Under the pieces are notes generated by a model. That model was not told where the DNA came from. It made no database searches and saw nothing but the letters and a program-made list of their open reading frames with translations. This document shows, piece after piece, positions 1 to 11,965 of a stretch of DNA of 64,000 bases (its first letter is position 1; each line of letters starts with the position of its first letter). The DNA is taken from NCBI GenBank assembly GCA_965229495.1, contig OZ245880.1, forward strand, positions 2,141,012 to 2,205,011, written 5' to 3'. The position numbers and the translations under genes are program-made. This DNA comes from Gammaproteobacteria bacterium. GTDB taxonomy: Bacteria > Pseudomonadota > Gammaproteobacteria > CBDBNL01 > G965229495.

Positions 1-1166
1 ACCGCGAATAGCCCAGGGATGATCTCGCTGCTATTTTCGTCTTTGGGGTTTAAGGCTTGGCCGTGGATGTTGGTCGGCGTGCCGCCCATCATGTAATGGC
101 AGGTGGGTACCACTGGGATGGGCTCGCGCACGGGGTCGACGTGGGCGAAGGTTCGAGCCAAATCCAGGATTCCTGGGAGGCGCTTGTTGAGCGTTTCCTC
201 GCCGAGATGGTCTAGCTTCAAGAGCACGTGGTCGCCTTTGGCGCCAGCTCCGCGGCCTTCGAGCGTTTCCAACACCATGGCGCGGGCGACGACATCGCGG
301 CCTGCCAGGTCTTTGGCATTGGGTGCGTAACGCTCCATAAAGCGCTCGCCGTCTTTGTTAATCAAATAACCGCCTTCGCCACGACAGCCTTCGGTGACTA
401 GTGTGCCGGCGCCGTAAATGCCAGTGGGGTGGAATTGCCACATTTCCATATCCTGCACTGGGAATCCCGCCCGCAGCGCCATGCCGATGCCGTCGCCAGT
501 GTTGATGAGGGCGTTAGTGGTCGATTGGTATATTCTGCCAGCGCCGCCAGTGGCCAACACCACCGCGCGCGCTTGAACAAAGACCAGCTTGCCGCTGGCA
601 ATGTCCATCGCCATCACCCCGACGACTTCTTTATTCTGATTGCTTACCAAGTCTATGGCGAACCATTCGTTGAGGAACGAGGTTTGGGCGCGCAGGTTGT
701 TCTGATACAAGGTATGCAGCAAGGCATGACCAGTGCGGTCGGCAGCGGCGCAAGTACGCGCGGCTTGACCACCGCGACCGTAATCTTTGGACTGACCGCC
801 AAAAGGCCGCTGATAAATACGACCGCTCTCGGTGCGCGAGAACGGCAAACCCATGTGCTCGAGCTCAAAGACCGCTTGCGGTCCTTCGGAACACATATAT
901 TCGATGGCGTCTTGGTCGCCGATGTAATCCGAACCTTTGACGGTGTCGTACATATGCCAGCGCCAATCGTCGTCGGGGTCGTCGCTGGCGATAGCGCAAG
1001 TTATGCCGCCTTGCGCCGACACGGTGTGCGAGCGCGTGGGGAAGACTTTGGATATTACCGCTGTTTTCAGCCCCGACTTCGCCAGTTGCAAGGAGGCGCG
1101 CATACCCGAGCCACCGCCGCCGACTATTACGGCGTCAAAATTTTCTTTGTGAAATTTACTACTCAT
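1..1166 (-). CDS. sdhA: Succinate dehydrogenase flavoprotein subunit (partial; 3' end runs off window start)
   Basis: Reverse-strand translation from ATG at 1166 reads [54 protein letters not shown]. This shows the FAD-binding GxGxxG and the conserved RSHT(V/A)AAQGG motif of SdhA/FrdA. Not in the ORF track because there is no stop inside the window. Confidence 0.9.
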   Translation of the reverse strand, partial: MSSKFHKENFDAVIVGGGGSGMRASLQLAKSGLKTAVISKVFPTRSHTVSAQGGITCAIASDDPDDDWRWHMYDTVKGSDYIGDQDAIEYMCSEGPQAVFELEHMGLPFSRTESGRIYQRPFGGQSKDYGRGGQAARTCAAADRTGHALLHTLYQNNLRAQTSFLNEWFAIDLVSNQNKEVVGVMAMDIASGKLVFVQARAVVLATGGAGRIYQSTTNALINTGDGIGMALRAGFPVQDMEMWQFHPTGIYGAGTLVTEGCRGEGGYLINKDGERFMERYAPNAKDLAGRDVVARAMVLETLEGRGAGAKGDHVLLKLDHLGEETLNKRLPGILDLARTFAHVDPVREPIPVVPTCHYMMGGTPTNIHGQALNPKDENSSEIIPGLFA

Positions 1167-1168
1167 TG

Positions 1169-1531
1169 CTATGCTCCTAGCTGCCAAAGCGTTGTTATTA
1201 CTGCCCAACTCATCGCCAGCAGTACCACAATAAATCCTGACTGGAATAGCATCCGCAGCGCGGTATTCTTCAAGTAATCAGTGGCGATGGTCCAAAGACC
1301 TATCCAAGCGTGGACGACGTAAGCTATCAGGGCTAACAGGGTAAATATCTGCATCCAGAAGGAACCGAAGTAGCCGCGCCAAGCCGCCAAGCTCAACTCG
1401 CCGACGCTGAGCACAAAGCCGATCACGCATAAGGTATAGGCTGCTAGGATTACCGCCGAGGCGCGCTGTAGCAGCCAATCGCTGACGCCGTTGCGGCTGA
1501 AGTTACTCGCGCTTAAACCTGCCATAGCCAA
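1169..1531 (-). CDS. sdhD: Succinate dehydrogenase hydrophobic membrane anchor subunit
   Basis: 120-aa polytopic membrane protein immediately upstream of sdhA. Position in the sdhC-sdhD-sdhA order. Confidence 0.8.
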   Translation of the reverse strand: MAMAGLSASNFSRNGVSDWLLQRASAVILAAYTLCVIGFVLSVGELSLAAWRGYFGSFWMQIFTLLALIAYVVHAWIGLWTIATDYLKNTALRMLFQSGFIVVLLAMSWAVITTLWQLGA

Positions 1532-1896
1532 ATCCCTCCGATGATTGCCAAGCCGACGAAAGACACCAGCGAGATATACGCCGCGCGCTGGGCGCTAGCG
1601 ACTTCTTCGCCGTAACCCAAATCCATGATCAAATGCTTGACGCCAGCGATCAGATGATAGGTTAGAGCGCTCAAGAATAGCCAGACGATGAATTTAACGC
1701 CACCGCTCTGCATCCAGGCGCTGACGGTGGCAAAGCTGGTGCTATCGCTGAGCGCTAGCGTCCAAAACCACACTATCAGCGGCGCCAGCACGAACAGCCC
1801 AACGCCGCTGATGCGGTGCAATATCGACACTATCGCCGTTATCGGGAAGCGGATGGTGGTCAAATCCAGATTCACTGGCCGTTTGTCTACGATCAT
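1513..1896 (-). CDS. sdhC: Succinate dehydrogenase cytochrome b556 subunit
   Basis: 127-aa membrane protein with SdhC-like motifs (HRISGV, conserved His). Overlaps sdhD start by 19 nt. Confidence 0.8.
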   Translation of the reverse strand: MIVDKRPVNLDLTTIRFPITAIVSILHRISGVGLFVLAPLIVWFWTLALSDSTSFATVSAWMQSGGVKFIVWLFLSALTYHLIAGVKHLIMDLGYGEEVASAQRAAYISLVSFVGLAIIGGIWLWQV

Positions 1897-1910
1897 GTTG
1901 TACTCTCCTA

Positions 1911-2720
1911 CTAATGGTTCTTTCTTGGCTTACCGCGTATAACTCCTCTCTTCGAGGGGAAATCAAAAAAGTCGACGAATTCGCGCACCGCTTGGTAGTT
2001 TGCTGCCAGCGGCTCTACCGTGCGTAGCGCCTCGGCGCGCAGCAGGTTCGAACGTAGCAATATGCGGTAGGCTTTTTTCAGCGCTAGCCTGGTGGCTTGG
2101 TCGTAGCCGTGGCGACGCAAGCCGATGCTGTTCAAACCGTTGGGGCGGCTCGGTATCCCCGCCAGGCGCACAAAGGGCGGCACGTCCTGGAGTATCACCG
2201 ACGACACCCCAGTGAAACTCAAACGCCCGAGCTTGCAAAATTGGTGCACGCCAGTGAAACCGCCGAGCACCACGTAATCACCGAGCTGAACATGACCAGC
2301 TATCGCGCAATTATTCGCCAATATCGTATGGTTGCCGACTATGCAATCGTGCGCTATGTGGACGTTGACCATGAACAAATTGCCGTTGCCGACTATGGTA
2401 TCGCCGCTGCTACCGTCGTCGATGGTGCCTCGGTGCAGGGTGCAGGATTCGCGGATGACGTTATCGTTGCCGATAATCAGCCGCGTTTTTTCGCCTTTGT
2501 ACTTCTTATCCTGGCAGTCTTCGCCCACCGAGCAATGCTGGAATATCTGATTGCGCTTGCCGATGCTGGTGCCTTGACGCACCACTACGTTCGGCCCCAG
2601 CCAGCAATCGTCGCCGATCTCGACGCCAGCCTCAATCACGCACCAAGGCCCGATGCTGACATTAGCGCCAATTTTGGCAGCGCTATCGACGAGCGCCGAG
2701 GGGTGGATAGTGCTAGCCAC
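1911..2720 (-). CDS. lpxA: UDP-N-acetylglucosamine O-acyltransferase
   Basis: 269 aa with left-handed beta-helix hexapeptide repeats. N-term MASTIHPSALVDSAAKIGANVSIGPWCVIEAGVEIG matches LpxA; C-terminal helical domain present. Confidence 0.9.
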   Translation of the reverse strand: MASTIHPSALVDSAAKIGANVSIGPWCVIEAGVEIGDDCWLGPNVVVRQGTSIGKRNQIFQHCSVGEDCQDKKYKGEKTRLIIGNDNVIRESCTLHRGTIDDGSSGDTIVGNGNLFMVNVHIAHDCIVGNHTILANNCAIAGHVQLGDYVVLGGFTGVHQFCKLGRLSFTGVSSVILQDVPPFVRLAGIPSRPNGLNSIGLRRHGYDQATRLALKKAYRILLRSNLLRAEALRTVEPLAANYQAVREFVDFFDFPSKRGVIRGKPRKNH

Positions 2721-2729
2721 AATTCAACC

Positions 2730-3212
2730 CTAACGCATGGGCTCGGATTGATTTTTCGGCGGCACCCGATCGGCGCAGAGGATGGTCGCCGAGCACACAA
2801 CCTCGCCGGCGACCTTAGCGCAAGTGGCAAATTTCCAGATGCCGCGCTTGGCAGTGATGATTTCCGCCTCCAGCCAGAGCTGGTCGCCAGGCACTACTGG
2901 CTTTTTGAAACGCAGGTCATCAGCGCCGACGAATAAATAGATTGAGCCATCGGCGGGTTTTTTGTCCATGGTTTTGAAACCGAGCAAGCCCGAGGCTTGA
3001 GCCATGGCTTCGACTATGTAAACACCAGGGAAAACCGGATAATTCGGAAAGTGTCCGCTGAACATGGCTTCGTTATTGCTGATGTTCTTGTAGGCAACGA
3101 TCTTCTTACCGACTTCCAATTCGACCACGCGGTCGACCAGTAGCATCGGAAAGCGATGCGGCAAATATTCGCGGATGGCGAGGGCGTCCATCACTATGTT
3201 GTTAGTGCTCAT
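2730..3212 (-). CDS. fabZ: 3-hydroxyacyl-ACP dehydratase FabZ
   Basis: 160 aa with [13 protein letters not shown] and [14 protein letters not shown] hotdog-fold motifs typical of FabZ. Confidence 0.9.
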   Translation of the reverse strand: MSTNNIVMDALAIREYLPHRFPMLLVDRVVELEVGKKIVAYKNISNNEAMFSGHFPNYPVFPGVYIVEAMAQASGLLGFKTMDKKPADGSIYLFVGADDLRFKKPVVPGDQLWLEAEIITAKRGIWKFATCAKVAGEVVCSATILCADRVPPKNQSEPMR

Positions 3213-3245
3213 TGTCTTGGCTGTTTCTTGGCAAGGTTTTCATTA

Positions 3246-3998
3246 TCAACTCCAGTACTTCTCCGTCAATATCTGACCCGGCGCCCGACGGCGATGGCGC
3301 CGCAAACCGAGCTCGGCGAGTTGTGCGCTGGTGTCCACTATCATAGCGGGATTGCCGCACAATAGCACCCGACTATGCTCGGGCGTGATGTCGACTCTAG
3401 CTCGAGCTTGCAGGGCGTTCTCGGCTATAGCTTGCGGTATGCGCCCGCCGAGGGTGTCGGCTACGGTCTCTCTACTAACGATAGGCAGGTATTGTAGCGA
3501 GGCTTGGCGCTGGCAGTGCGCGCGCAACTCGTCATCGTAATTAAGCTCGCTGGCGTAACGCACCGCGTGCACCACGATAACACGCCGAAAGCGAGCAAAG
3601 ACCTCACCGCTGCGCAGCAAAGAGATAAAAGGACCGACCCCAGTGCCTGTGGCTAGCAACCACAGGTTGTCGCCGTCGGGGGTTTCGTCGAGGGTTAAAA
3701 AGCCCGACGGCCGCGTCGAGACCATGACCTCGTCGCCAGCGCGCAAGCCAATTAAATTCTTCGAGAACACGCCTTCGGGCACCAGGTTAGCGTAGAACTC
3801 CAGCGTTGGCTCGCTCGGGGCGTTGACAAAAGAATAGGCGCGCGCCACCAACTCGCCGTCGATGTCAAGCGCTAAACGGTTGAATTGACCGGCTATAAAG
3901 TTGACCTTGGAGTCGGTGCTAACGCGCAAAATGCAGTGCTTGTCGCCAAAGAGTCTATTCTCGACCACTTGGCCGCTGATGAATTCTGACATTCTCAA
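3246..3998 (-). CDS. fpr: Ferredoxin/flavodoxin-NADP+ reductase
   Basis: 250 aa with RAYS..N FAD-binding motif, LEFY, GTG(V/I)GP NAD(P)-binding, LCGNPAM and C-terminal EKYW. Colinear with E. coli Fpr. Confidence 0.85.
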   Translation of the reverse strand: MRMSEFISGQVVENRLFGDKHCILRVSTDSKVNFIAGQFNRLALDIDGELVARAYSFVNAPSEPTLEFYANLVPEGVFSKNLIGLRAGDEVMVSTRPSGFLTLDETPDGDNLWLLATGTGVGPFISLLRSGEVFARFRRVIVVHAVRYASELNYDDELRAHCQRQASLQYLPIVSRETVADTLGGRIPQAIAENALQARARVDITPEHSRVLLCGNPAMIVDTSAQLAELGLRRHRRRAPGQILTEKYWS

Positions 3999-4849
3999 GC
4001 GCTAATCAAGGAGCCGATGCCATCGTCGGAAAATAATTCCAGCAACACCGCGTGCTGCACGCGGCCATCGATGATATGCACTTGCTTAACGCCGCCCGCA
4101 ATCGCCGCCGCCGCCGAGTTTAACTTCGGCAGCATACCGCTATGGATTATTCCCGATGCCACGAGTTCGTCGATTGCCTCGCTGTGTATATAAGTTATAA
4201 CCTCGCCTTGGGCGTCAAAGACGCCAGCGGCGTTAGTCAGAAATATCAGCTTGGCGCAGCGCAACTCGGCGGCCACTGCCGAGGCCACTTGGTCGGCGTT
4301 GACGTTATAAGCATTACCAGCGGCATCGGTGGCGATAGGCGCCAGCACTGGTATGTTGCCGCCGTCGATCAAACCGCGCAAGAGCTCGCTATTGACGCGG
4401 ACAATCTCACCAACCTGCCCCAAGTCAACACCATCTTCGAGCTGATACTTACGCGCCTGCAATAACTGACCGTCGCGCCCGCTCAAGCCCAGCGCGCTGC
4501 CACCTTGATTGTTGATAGCCTGCACCAGGATTTTGTTGATCTTGCCGCCGAGTACCATCTCGACCACGTCCATAGTCGCGGCGTCGGTGATGCGTAAGCC
4601 TTTATGGAAGCGGCTCGGTATCTCCAGGCGGTTCAAGAATTCGCTGATTTGCGGACCACCGCCGTGCACCACTATCGGGTTGATGCCGATGGCTTTCAGC
4701 ATCACCATATCGCGGGCAAAGTTGTCGCAAGCTGCAGCGTCGTGCATGGCGTTGCCGCCGAATTTCACCACCAGCGTGCTGCCACAAAACTTGTGGATGT
4801 AAGGCAGGGCTTGGGCTAGCGCCTCAGCTCTAGATAGTGCTTGGTCCAT
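3995..4849 (-). CDS. argB: Acetylglutamate kinase
   Basis: 284 aa with VVKFGGNAM and IVVHGGGPQI amino-acid-kinase motifs. Overlaps fpr start by 4 nt. Confidence 0.9.
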   Translation of the reverse strand: MDQALSRAEALAQALPYIHKFCGSTLVVKFGGNAMHDAAACDNFARDMVMLKAIGINPIVVHGGGPQISEFLNRLEIPSRFHKGLRITDAATMDVVEMVLGGKINKILVQAINNQGGSALGLSGRDGQLLQARKYQLEDGVDLGQVGEIVRVNSELLRGLIDGGNIPVLAPIATDAAGNAYNVNADQVASAVAAELRCAKLIFLTNAAGVFDAQGEVITYIHSEAIDELVASGIIHSGMLPKLNSAAAAIAGGVKQVHIIDGRVQHAVLLELFSDDGIGSLISA

Positions 4850-7453
4850 CTAGCGCACCACGAAGTTTACTATCTTGTTGGGCACGTAGATCGTCTTGCG
4901 CACTTCGCCCGCTGCCAGATACTTCGCCACCGCCGCGCGCGCTGCTGCTTCGGCCGCCGCGCCTTCGCTATTTACAGCGAGCTCGATGGTGGCGCGCAAT
5001 TTGCCGTTGACTTGGATAGCTATAGCCACGCTCTGAGCTTGCAAGGCGCGTTCGTCGACTTGCGGGTAAGGCGTTCGGTGCACTGGCGTATCGCTGCCGA
5101 GTTTGTTCCAGAGATAGTGACAGATGTGCGGGGCGATCGGCGTCAACATCAACACGCTCTTGCTGGCAACATCGCGCGCCAAGGCCCGCTCCGCTGCCGT
5201 CCGCGCCTTGAGAGCCGCGAGCGCGTTCATCAGCTCCATCAGCGCGGCAATGGCAGTGTTGAAGGTATAGCGTCGGTTAATGTCGTCGCTGACTTTAGCG
5301 ATCGTTTGGTGCAGCTTACGCCAAAGCTCTTGAGCCGCCGCGCTCAATTCCGAGCTCGCGTAGTCGGCGCTGTCGCTAGCCTCAATGGCGGCGTCGCACA
5401 GCCGATAAAAGCGCCGCAAAAAGCGCGCCGCGCCCTCCAAGCCCTCTTGCGACCACTCGAAAGATTGCTGCGGCGGCGAGGTGAACATGGTGTACAGCCG
5501 CACCGCGTCGGCGCCGTATTGCGCGATTATCTGATCCGGGTCGACGCCATTTCTCGAGCTCTTGCTCATCTTCTTGCGCCTGCCGATACTCACCGGCTTG
5601 CCGTCAGCCTTACTCACGGCCTCGGCGTCGGAGCTACCTGAGCGCCTAATCTCGACCTCGCTCGGAGCGAAGAACTTGCTATGGCCACCGTCCTCGCGGA
5701 AGTAAGTCTCGGCCAACACCATGCCTTGCGCCAGCAGCCTGGGGAAAGGTTCGTCGGAGCTTATCAAAGCCTCGCCGTTGCCATCGCGCAGCAAATCGCG
5801 CATCACCCGATAAAAGAAGCGCGCGTACAGCAGGTGCAACACCGCGTGCTCGACGCCGCCGATATATTGATCCACCGGCAGCCAGTAGCGCGCGCGCGCG
5901 TCGAGCATCGCCGAATCCTGATTGGGGCAGCAATAGCGCGCGTAGTACCAGCTCGATTCGACGAAAGTATCAAAAGTATCGGTGTCGCGGCGCGCGGGGC
6001 CCGAGCACTTCGGGCAGTTGGTATTAACGAACTCTTCGACCTTATCCAAAGCCTTGCCAACGCCATCAATAGCGATATCCTCGGGCAGCAGCACTGGCAG
6101 CTCGCTCTCGGGCACTGGCACTATGCCACAATCCGGGCAGTGCACCATCGGCACCGGGCACCCCCAGTAGCGTTGCCGCGACACGCCCCAATCGCGCAGG
6201 CGATAAGTCTCGACTCGAGTGCCATTGCCCGCGCTTTCCAAGTCAGTGCCGATAGCCGCGCAGGCTTCCGCAAAGTCAAGACCGTCGTAAGCTCCCGAGT
6301 TCAGCAACACCCCGTGCTCGGTGTAAGCCGCTTGCTGCTCGGCGACCCAATCGCCACCCGCGCCTGGCGGTTGCACCACCCAGAGTATGGGCAAATCCTC
6401 CTGCAAGGCAAATTCATAATCGCGTTCGTCGTGCGCTGGCACGCCCATCACCGCGCCGAAGCCGTACTCCATCAGCACATAATTCGCCACCCACATCGGC
6501 ACCCGAGCGCCAGTAACCGGATTGATAGCGTAGATGCCAGTAGCCAAGCCTTTCTTAGCCGCCTTGGCTTGGGCACCGCCGCCACCCATAGCGTCGCGCG
6601 CGCATTGCGCGATGAACTCGGCGAGGGCAGCGTTGCTTTGCGCCTGGCTCTGCGCCAATGGATGCTCCAGCGCTAGCGCAATAAAGCTCACGCCGCAGAT
6701 AGTATCGGGGCGCGTACTAAACACCTCGACCTGCTCCTCGACACCCTCAACGGCGAAGCTGATATTCATACCTTGCGACTTCCCGATCCAGTTGCGCTGT
6801 TGCGCTAGCACTTGCTGCGGCCAGTCCTCCAAGGTGTCCAAGCCCTGCAACAACTCCTCGGCGTAAGCGCTGATACGCATATACCATTGCGGCATCAGCT
6901 TGCGCTCTATCAAAGCCTTCGAGCGCCAACCGCGACCATCCTCCACCTGCTCGTTGGCGAGCACCGATTGCTCGACCGGATCCCAGTTGACGAAGGCTTC
7001 TTTACGATAAGCCAAGCCGGCCTCGTACATCTTGATAAAGAAAGCCTGCTCCCAGCGGTAGTAGTCCGGGGTACAAGTGGCAAATTCGCGGCTCCAATCC
7101 AGTGCCAGCCCCAGGCTCTGCAGTTGCTGCTTCATCGCCGCGATATTGGCGTAAGTCCATTGCGCCGGGTGTTGCTTATTGTCGATGGCAGCGTTTTCGG
7201 CGGGCAGACCGAAAGCGTCCCAACCCATAGGCTGCAGCACGTTCTTACCCTGCATCGCTTGGAAACGCGCGATAACGTCGCCGATGGTGTAATTGCGCAC
7301 GTGCCCCATATGCAGCCGACCGCTTGGGTAGGGCAACATCGATAGGCAATAAAAAGGCTCCTTGCTCGCGTCTTCTTCAACCTCAAAAACCTTGTAGGCC
7401 TGCCAATAGGCTTGAGCCTCGCGCTCTATGCTTGGGAAATCGTAGTCCTTCAT
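4850..7453 (-). CDS. leuS: Leucyl-tRNA synthetase
   Basis: 867 aa with class I HMGH (PYPSGRLHMGHVRNY) and KMSKS motifs. Colinear with bacterial LeuS. Confidence 0.95.
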   Translation of the reverse strand: MKDYDFPSIEREAQAYWQAYKVFEVEEDASKEPFYCLSMLPYPSGRLHMGHVRNYTIGDVIARFQAMQGKNVLQPMGWDAFGLPAENAAIDNKQHPAQWTYANIAAMKQQLQSLGLALDWSREFATCTPDYYRWEQAFFIKMYEAGLAYRKEAFVNWDPVEQSVLANEQVEDGRGWRSKALIERKLMPQWYMRISAYAEELLQGLDTLEDWPQQVLAQQRNWIGKSQGMNISFAVEGVEEQVEVFSTRPDTICGVSFIALALEHPLAQSQAQSNAALAEFIAQCARDAMGGGGAQAKAAKKGLATGIYAINPVTGARVPMWVANYVLMEYGFGAVMGVPAHDERDYEFALQEDLPILWVVQPPGAGGDWVAEQQAAYTEHGVLLNSGAYDGLDFAEACAAIGTDLESAGNGTRVETYRLRDWGVSRQRYWGCPVPMVHCPDCGIVPVPESELPVLLPEDIAIDGVGKALDKVEEFVNTNCPKCSGPARRDTDTFDTFVESSWYYARYCCPNQDSAMLDARARYWLPVDQYIGGVEHAVLHLLYARFFYRVMRDLLRDGNGEALISSDEPFPRLLAQGMVLAETYFREDGGHSKFFAPSEVEIRRSGSSDAEAVSKADGKPVSIGRRKKMSKSSRNGVDPDQIIAQYGADAVRLYTMFTSPPQQSFEWSQEGLEGAARFLRRFYRLCDAAIEASDSADYASSELSAAAQELWRKLHQTIAKVSDDINRRYTFNTAIAALMELMNALAALKARTAAERALARDVASKSVLMLTPIAPHICHYLWNKLGSDTPVHRTPYPQVDERALQAQSVAIAIQVNGKLRATIELAVNSEGAAAEAAARAAVAKYLAAGEVRKTIYVPNKIVNFVVR

Positions 7454-7604
7454 TAATACAGTATTAGGCTAGCGTAGTCTCTTAATGACGGCGCGGATTA
7501 TAGTAGCGCTTCGGGTTTTGGCGCCGTCTCTACAGGCTTTTATCGACTATAACGCGTTCAGCCGACACCGCTTTGGGTAAAATCCGCACATTGCAAATTG
7601 CAGC

Positions 7605-7681
7605 AGGCGCGTAGCTCAGTTGGTTAGAGCACTACCTTGACATGGTAGGGGTCGTTGGTTCAAATCCAATCGTGCCTACCA
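7605..7681 (+). tRNA. tRNA-Val (anticodon GAC)
   Basis: AGGCGCGTAGCTCAGTTGGTTAGAGCACTACCTTGACATGGTAGGGGTCGTTGGTTCAAATCCAATCGTGCCTACCA. Cloverleaf with 7-bp acceptor stem (one G-U pair), D-loop GCTCAGTTGGTTAGAGC, anticodon stem CTACC/GGTAG with loop TTGACAT, T-loop GGTTCAAATCC, and encoded 3' CCA. Confidence 0.85.
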
Positions 7682-7727
7682 CACTCCGTTTATCGAGTGT
7701 GATCATCAATAAACAATCGAGTTTTGC

Positions 7728-9629
7728 ATGCCAAAAATCACCTTGCCGGATGGCAGCGTTAAAGACTTCCCCTGTAGCATCACCATTAACGAATTAGCCC
7801 GCTCCATCGGCAGCGGCTTGGCGCAAGCAGCCATAGCTGGCAAAGTCGACGGGCACTTGCACGACCTGGTCGACTTCATCGAAGCCGATAGCTCGGTCAG
7901 CATCATCACCAAAGCGGCGCCCGAAGCCATCGACATCGTCCGCCATTCCTGCGCGCATCTCTTCGGCCAAGCCCTCAAGCAACTCTATCCGGAAGCGCAA
8001 ATGGCGATTGGCCCAGTGATCGACGATGGCTTTTACTACGATTTTCACTTGGAGCACAAAATCAGCTCCGACGATCTGGTAGCCATCGAAGAGCGGATGC
8101 GCAAGCTGGCAGCTACTTCCTACCCAGTGCTCAAGCGCGTACTCGAGCGCGACCAAGCCATACAGATCTTCCGCGAGCGCGGCGAGCACTATAAGCTCAA
8201 GCTCATCGAAGACCTGCCCGACGAAACCAGCTTCGCGCTTTATTTTCACGAAGACTACGTCGACATGTGCAAAGGCCCGCACCTGCCGAGCATGGCGCAC
8301 ATGGGCGCCTTCAAGCTGACCAAGCTCGCCGGTGCTTACTGGCGCGGCGATTCCAATAATGAAATGCTGCAAAGAGTCTACGGCACCTGCTGGCACAGCC
8401 AGGCCGAGCTCGACGAACACCTGGAGAAATTAGCCGAAGCCGAGCGCCGCGACCACCGCAAGCTCGCCAAAAAGCTCGATCTTTTCCACACCCAGGAAGA
8501 AGCCCCGGGGCTGATATTCTGGCATCCCAAAGGCATGGTCATCTATCGCTTGATAGAAGCCTATATCGCCCGCCTCATGCAGCGCCACGGCTACCAGGAA
8601 ATTAGAACCCCGCAGCTACTCGACCGTAGCCTCTGGGAAAAATCCGGGCACTGGGATAAATACAAAAGCGATATGTTCACCACCTCCAGTGAAAATCGCG
8701 ACTACGCCATCAAGCCCATGAGCTGTCCGGGGCACGTGCAAGTCTTCAATCAAGGCCTCAAGAGCTACCGCGACCTGCCGATCCGCTTCTCGGAATTTGG
8801 CGCCGTGCATCGCAACGAAGCCTCCGGCACCCTGCATGGTCTTATGCGCGTGCGTGGCTTTGTTCAAGACGACGCCCACATCTTCCTCACCGAAGACCAA
8901 ATCCAATCTGAGGTCGGGCGCTCCATCGACCTCATTCGCAATATGTACTCGGGCTTTGGCTTCGACGACGTCCTGCTCAAGCTCTCGACGCGCCCCGAGC
9001 AGCGCGTCGGCTCCGACGCCATCTGGGATAAAGCCGAGCAAGCCCTCGCGCAAGCCCTGAGCACCAAAGGCCTCGAGTTTGAATACGCCCCGGGCGATGG
9101 CGCTTTTTACGGACCCAAGATCGATTTCTCGCTACGCGACAGCATCGGCCGCGTCTGGCAATGCGGCACCTTGCAGATCGACTTCTCCATGCCCGAGCGT
9201 CTTGACGCCACTTACGTCGACGAGCAGGGGCAAAAGCAGCGCCCGGTGATGATCCACCAAGCCGTGCTCGGCTCCATCGAGCGCTTCATCGGCGTGCTTA
9301 TTGAGCATAACTCGGGTAACCTACCGCTAGCCCTGGCGCCGCTGCAAGCCGTAGTCATGAGCGTAACCGACCATCAGTTACCCTACGCCAAGCGCGTCTG
9401 CCAGCAATTGCAAAGCTTGGGAATGCGCGTCGAGCTCGACAGCCGCCAGGAGAAAATCAGCTACAAAATTCGCGAGCATTCGCTAGCGCGCGTCCCCTAT
9501 CAAATCATAGTCGGCAAGCGCGAAGTCGAAAACGACACCGTCTCCGTGCGCAACCTCGCTGGCGAAGACCTGGGCGCGCAGAGCATCACCGCCTTCCACG
9601 CTAGCATTAGCGACCAACTAAATTTATAA
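7728..9629 (+). CDS. thrS: Threonyl-tRNA synthetase
   Basis: 633 aa with TGS domain N-term (MPKITLPDGS), HSCAHL second-site motif, class II core and C-terminal anticodon-binding domain. Confidence 0.95.
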   Translation: MPKITLPDGSVKDFPCSITINELARSIGSGLAQAAIAGKVDGHLHDLVDFIEADSSVSIITKAAPEAIDIVRHSCAHLFGQALKQLYPEAQMAIGPVIDDGFYYDFHLEHKISSDDLVAIEERMRKLAATSYPVLKRVLERDQAIQIFRERGEHYKLKLIEDLPDETSFALYFHEDYVDMCKGPHLPSMAHMGAFKLTKLAGAYWRGDSNNEMLQRVYGTCWHSQAELDEHLEKLAEAERRDHRKLAKKLDLFHTQEEAPGLIFWHPKGMVIYRLIEAYIARLMQRHGYQEIRTPQLLDRSLWEKSGHWDKYKSDMFTTSSENRDYAIKPMSCPGHVQVFNQGLKSYRDLPIRFSEFGAVHRNEASGTLHGLMRVRGFVQDDAHIFLTEDQIQSEVGRSIDLIRNMYSGFGFDDVLLKLSTRPEQRVGSDAIWDKAEQALAQALSTKGLEFEYAPGDGAFYGPKIDFSLRDSIGRVWQCGTLQIDFSMPERLDATYVDEQGQKQRPVMIHQAVLGSIERFIGVLIEHNSGNLPLALAPLQAVVMSVTDHQLPYAKRVCQQLQSLGMRVELDSRQEKISYKIREHSLARVPYQIIVGKREVENDTVSVRNLAGEDLGAQSITAFHASISDQLNL

Positions 9630-9645
9630 GGAGAACATTCACTAG

Positions 9646-10161
9646 GTGAAACGACACAAAATTAACGAGCAGATCGACGCACCGCGCTTGCGGGTGATCG
9701 CTGCCGATGGTGGTCAGTTGGGAATTTTGGCGCTGAGAGACGCGCTCGCGGAGGCCGACAGCCGCAATCTGGACCTGGTATTGATGAACGAGAACGGCGA
9801 CCCGCCAGTCGCCAAGCTCATGGAATACAACCGCTTTTTGTACGAAGGCAAAAAGAAAGAGCAGCAAGCGCGCCGCAACCAGAAAAACACCCAAATCAAA
9901 GAAATCAAATTCCGCCCCTCCACCGAAGAAGGCGACTATCAAATCAAGCTCCGCAACATCAAGCGCTTCATCGGCGATGGCAACAAAGTCAAAGTCAGCG
10001 TCCGCTTTCGCGGCCGCGAGATTATCCATAAAGACTTAGGCCTCGAACTCATCGACCGCATCACCACCGACCTCACCGACCTCGCCAACGTCGAGCAAGA
10101 AGCCAAGCTCGAAGGCCGACAAATGCACACCCTCTACATCCCAGCAAAAGGCAAGAAGTAG
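9646..10161 (+). CDS. infC: Translation initiation factor IF-3
   Basis: 171 aa; RLRVIAADGGQLGI ... KEIKFRP ... VSVRFRGREI motifs of IF3. Non-ATG start (GTG at 9646), consistent with the atypical IF3 start-codon rule. Confidence 0.9.
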   Translation: MKRHKINEQIDAPRLRVIAADGGQLGILALRDALAEADSRNLDLVLMNENGDPPVAKLMEYNRFLYEGKKKEQQARRNQKNTQIKEIKFRPSTEEGDYQIKLRNIKRFIGDGNKVKVSVRFRGREIIHKDLGLELIDRITTDLTDLANVEQEAKLEGRQMHTLYIPAKGKK

Positions 10162-10318
10162 CAGCAAAAAGTAGCAGTAGACATATTGCAATAATCGTGG
10201 GCAGAAGCTGAGACAAAATTTATACGCCGAATGAATTTCAGCAACATAACTCGTGGTGACAATGTCGGCTCCTGTACTTGTGTAAAGTACAAGAGCCCTC
10301 TCACAAGAAAATTTCACC

Positions 10319-11965
<1,647 letters not shown>

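Noticed and set aside
429-1277. 282-aa forward-strand ORF overlapping sdhA
   Set aside because: Antisense to a confidently identified sdhA reading frame. Long spurious ORFs are expected in high-GC DNA. No recognisable motifs.
2097-2936. 279-aa forward ORF across lpxA/fabZ
   Set aside because: Antisense to two well-supported genes. No motifs.
5681-6676. 331-aa forward ORF inside leuS (and similar 4841..5641, 6812..7345)
   Set aside because: Antisense shadows of the leuS frame. Arg/Ala-rich composition typical of GC-rich antisense translation.
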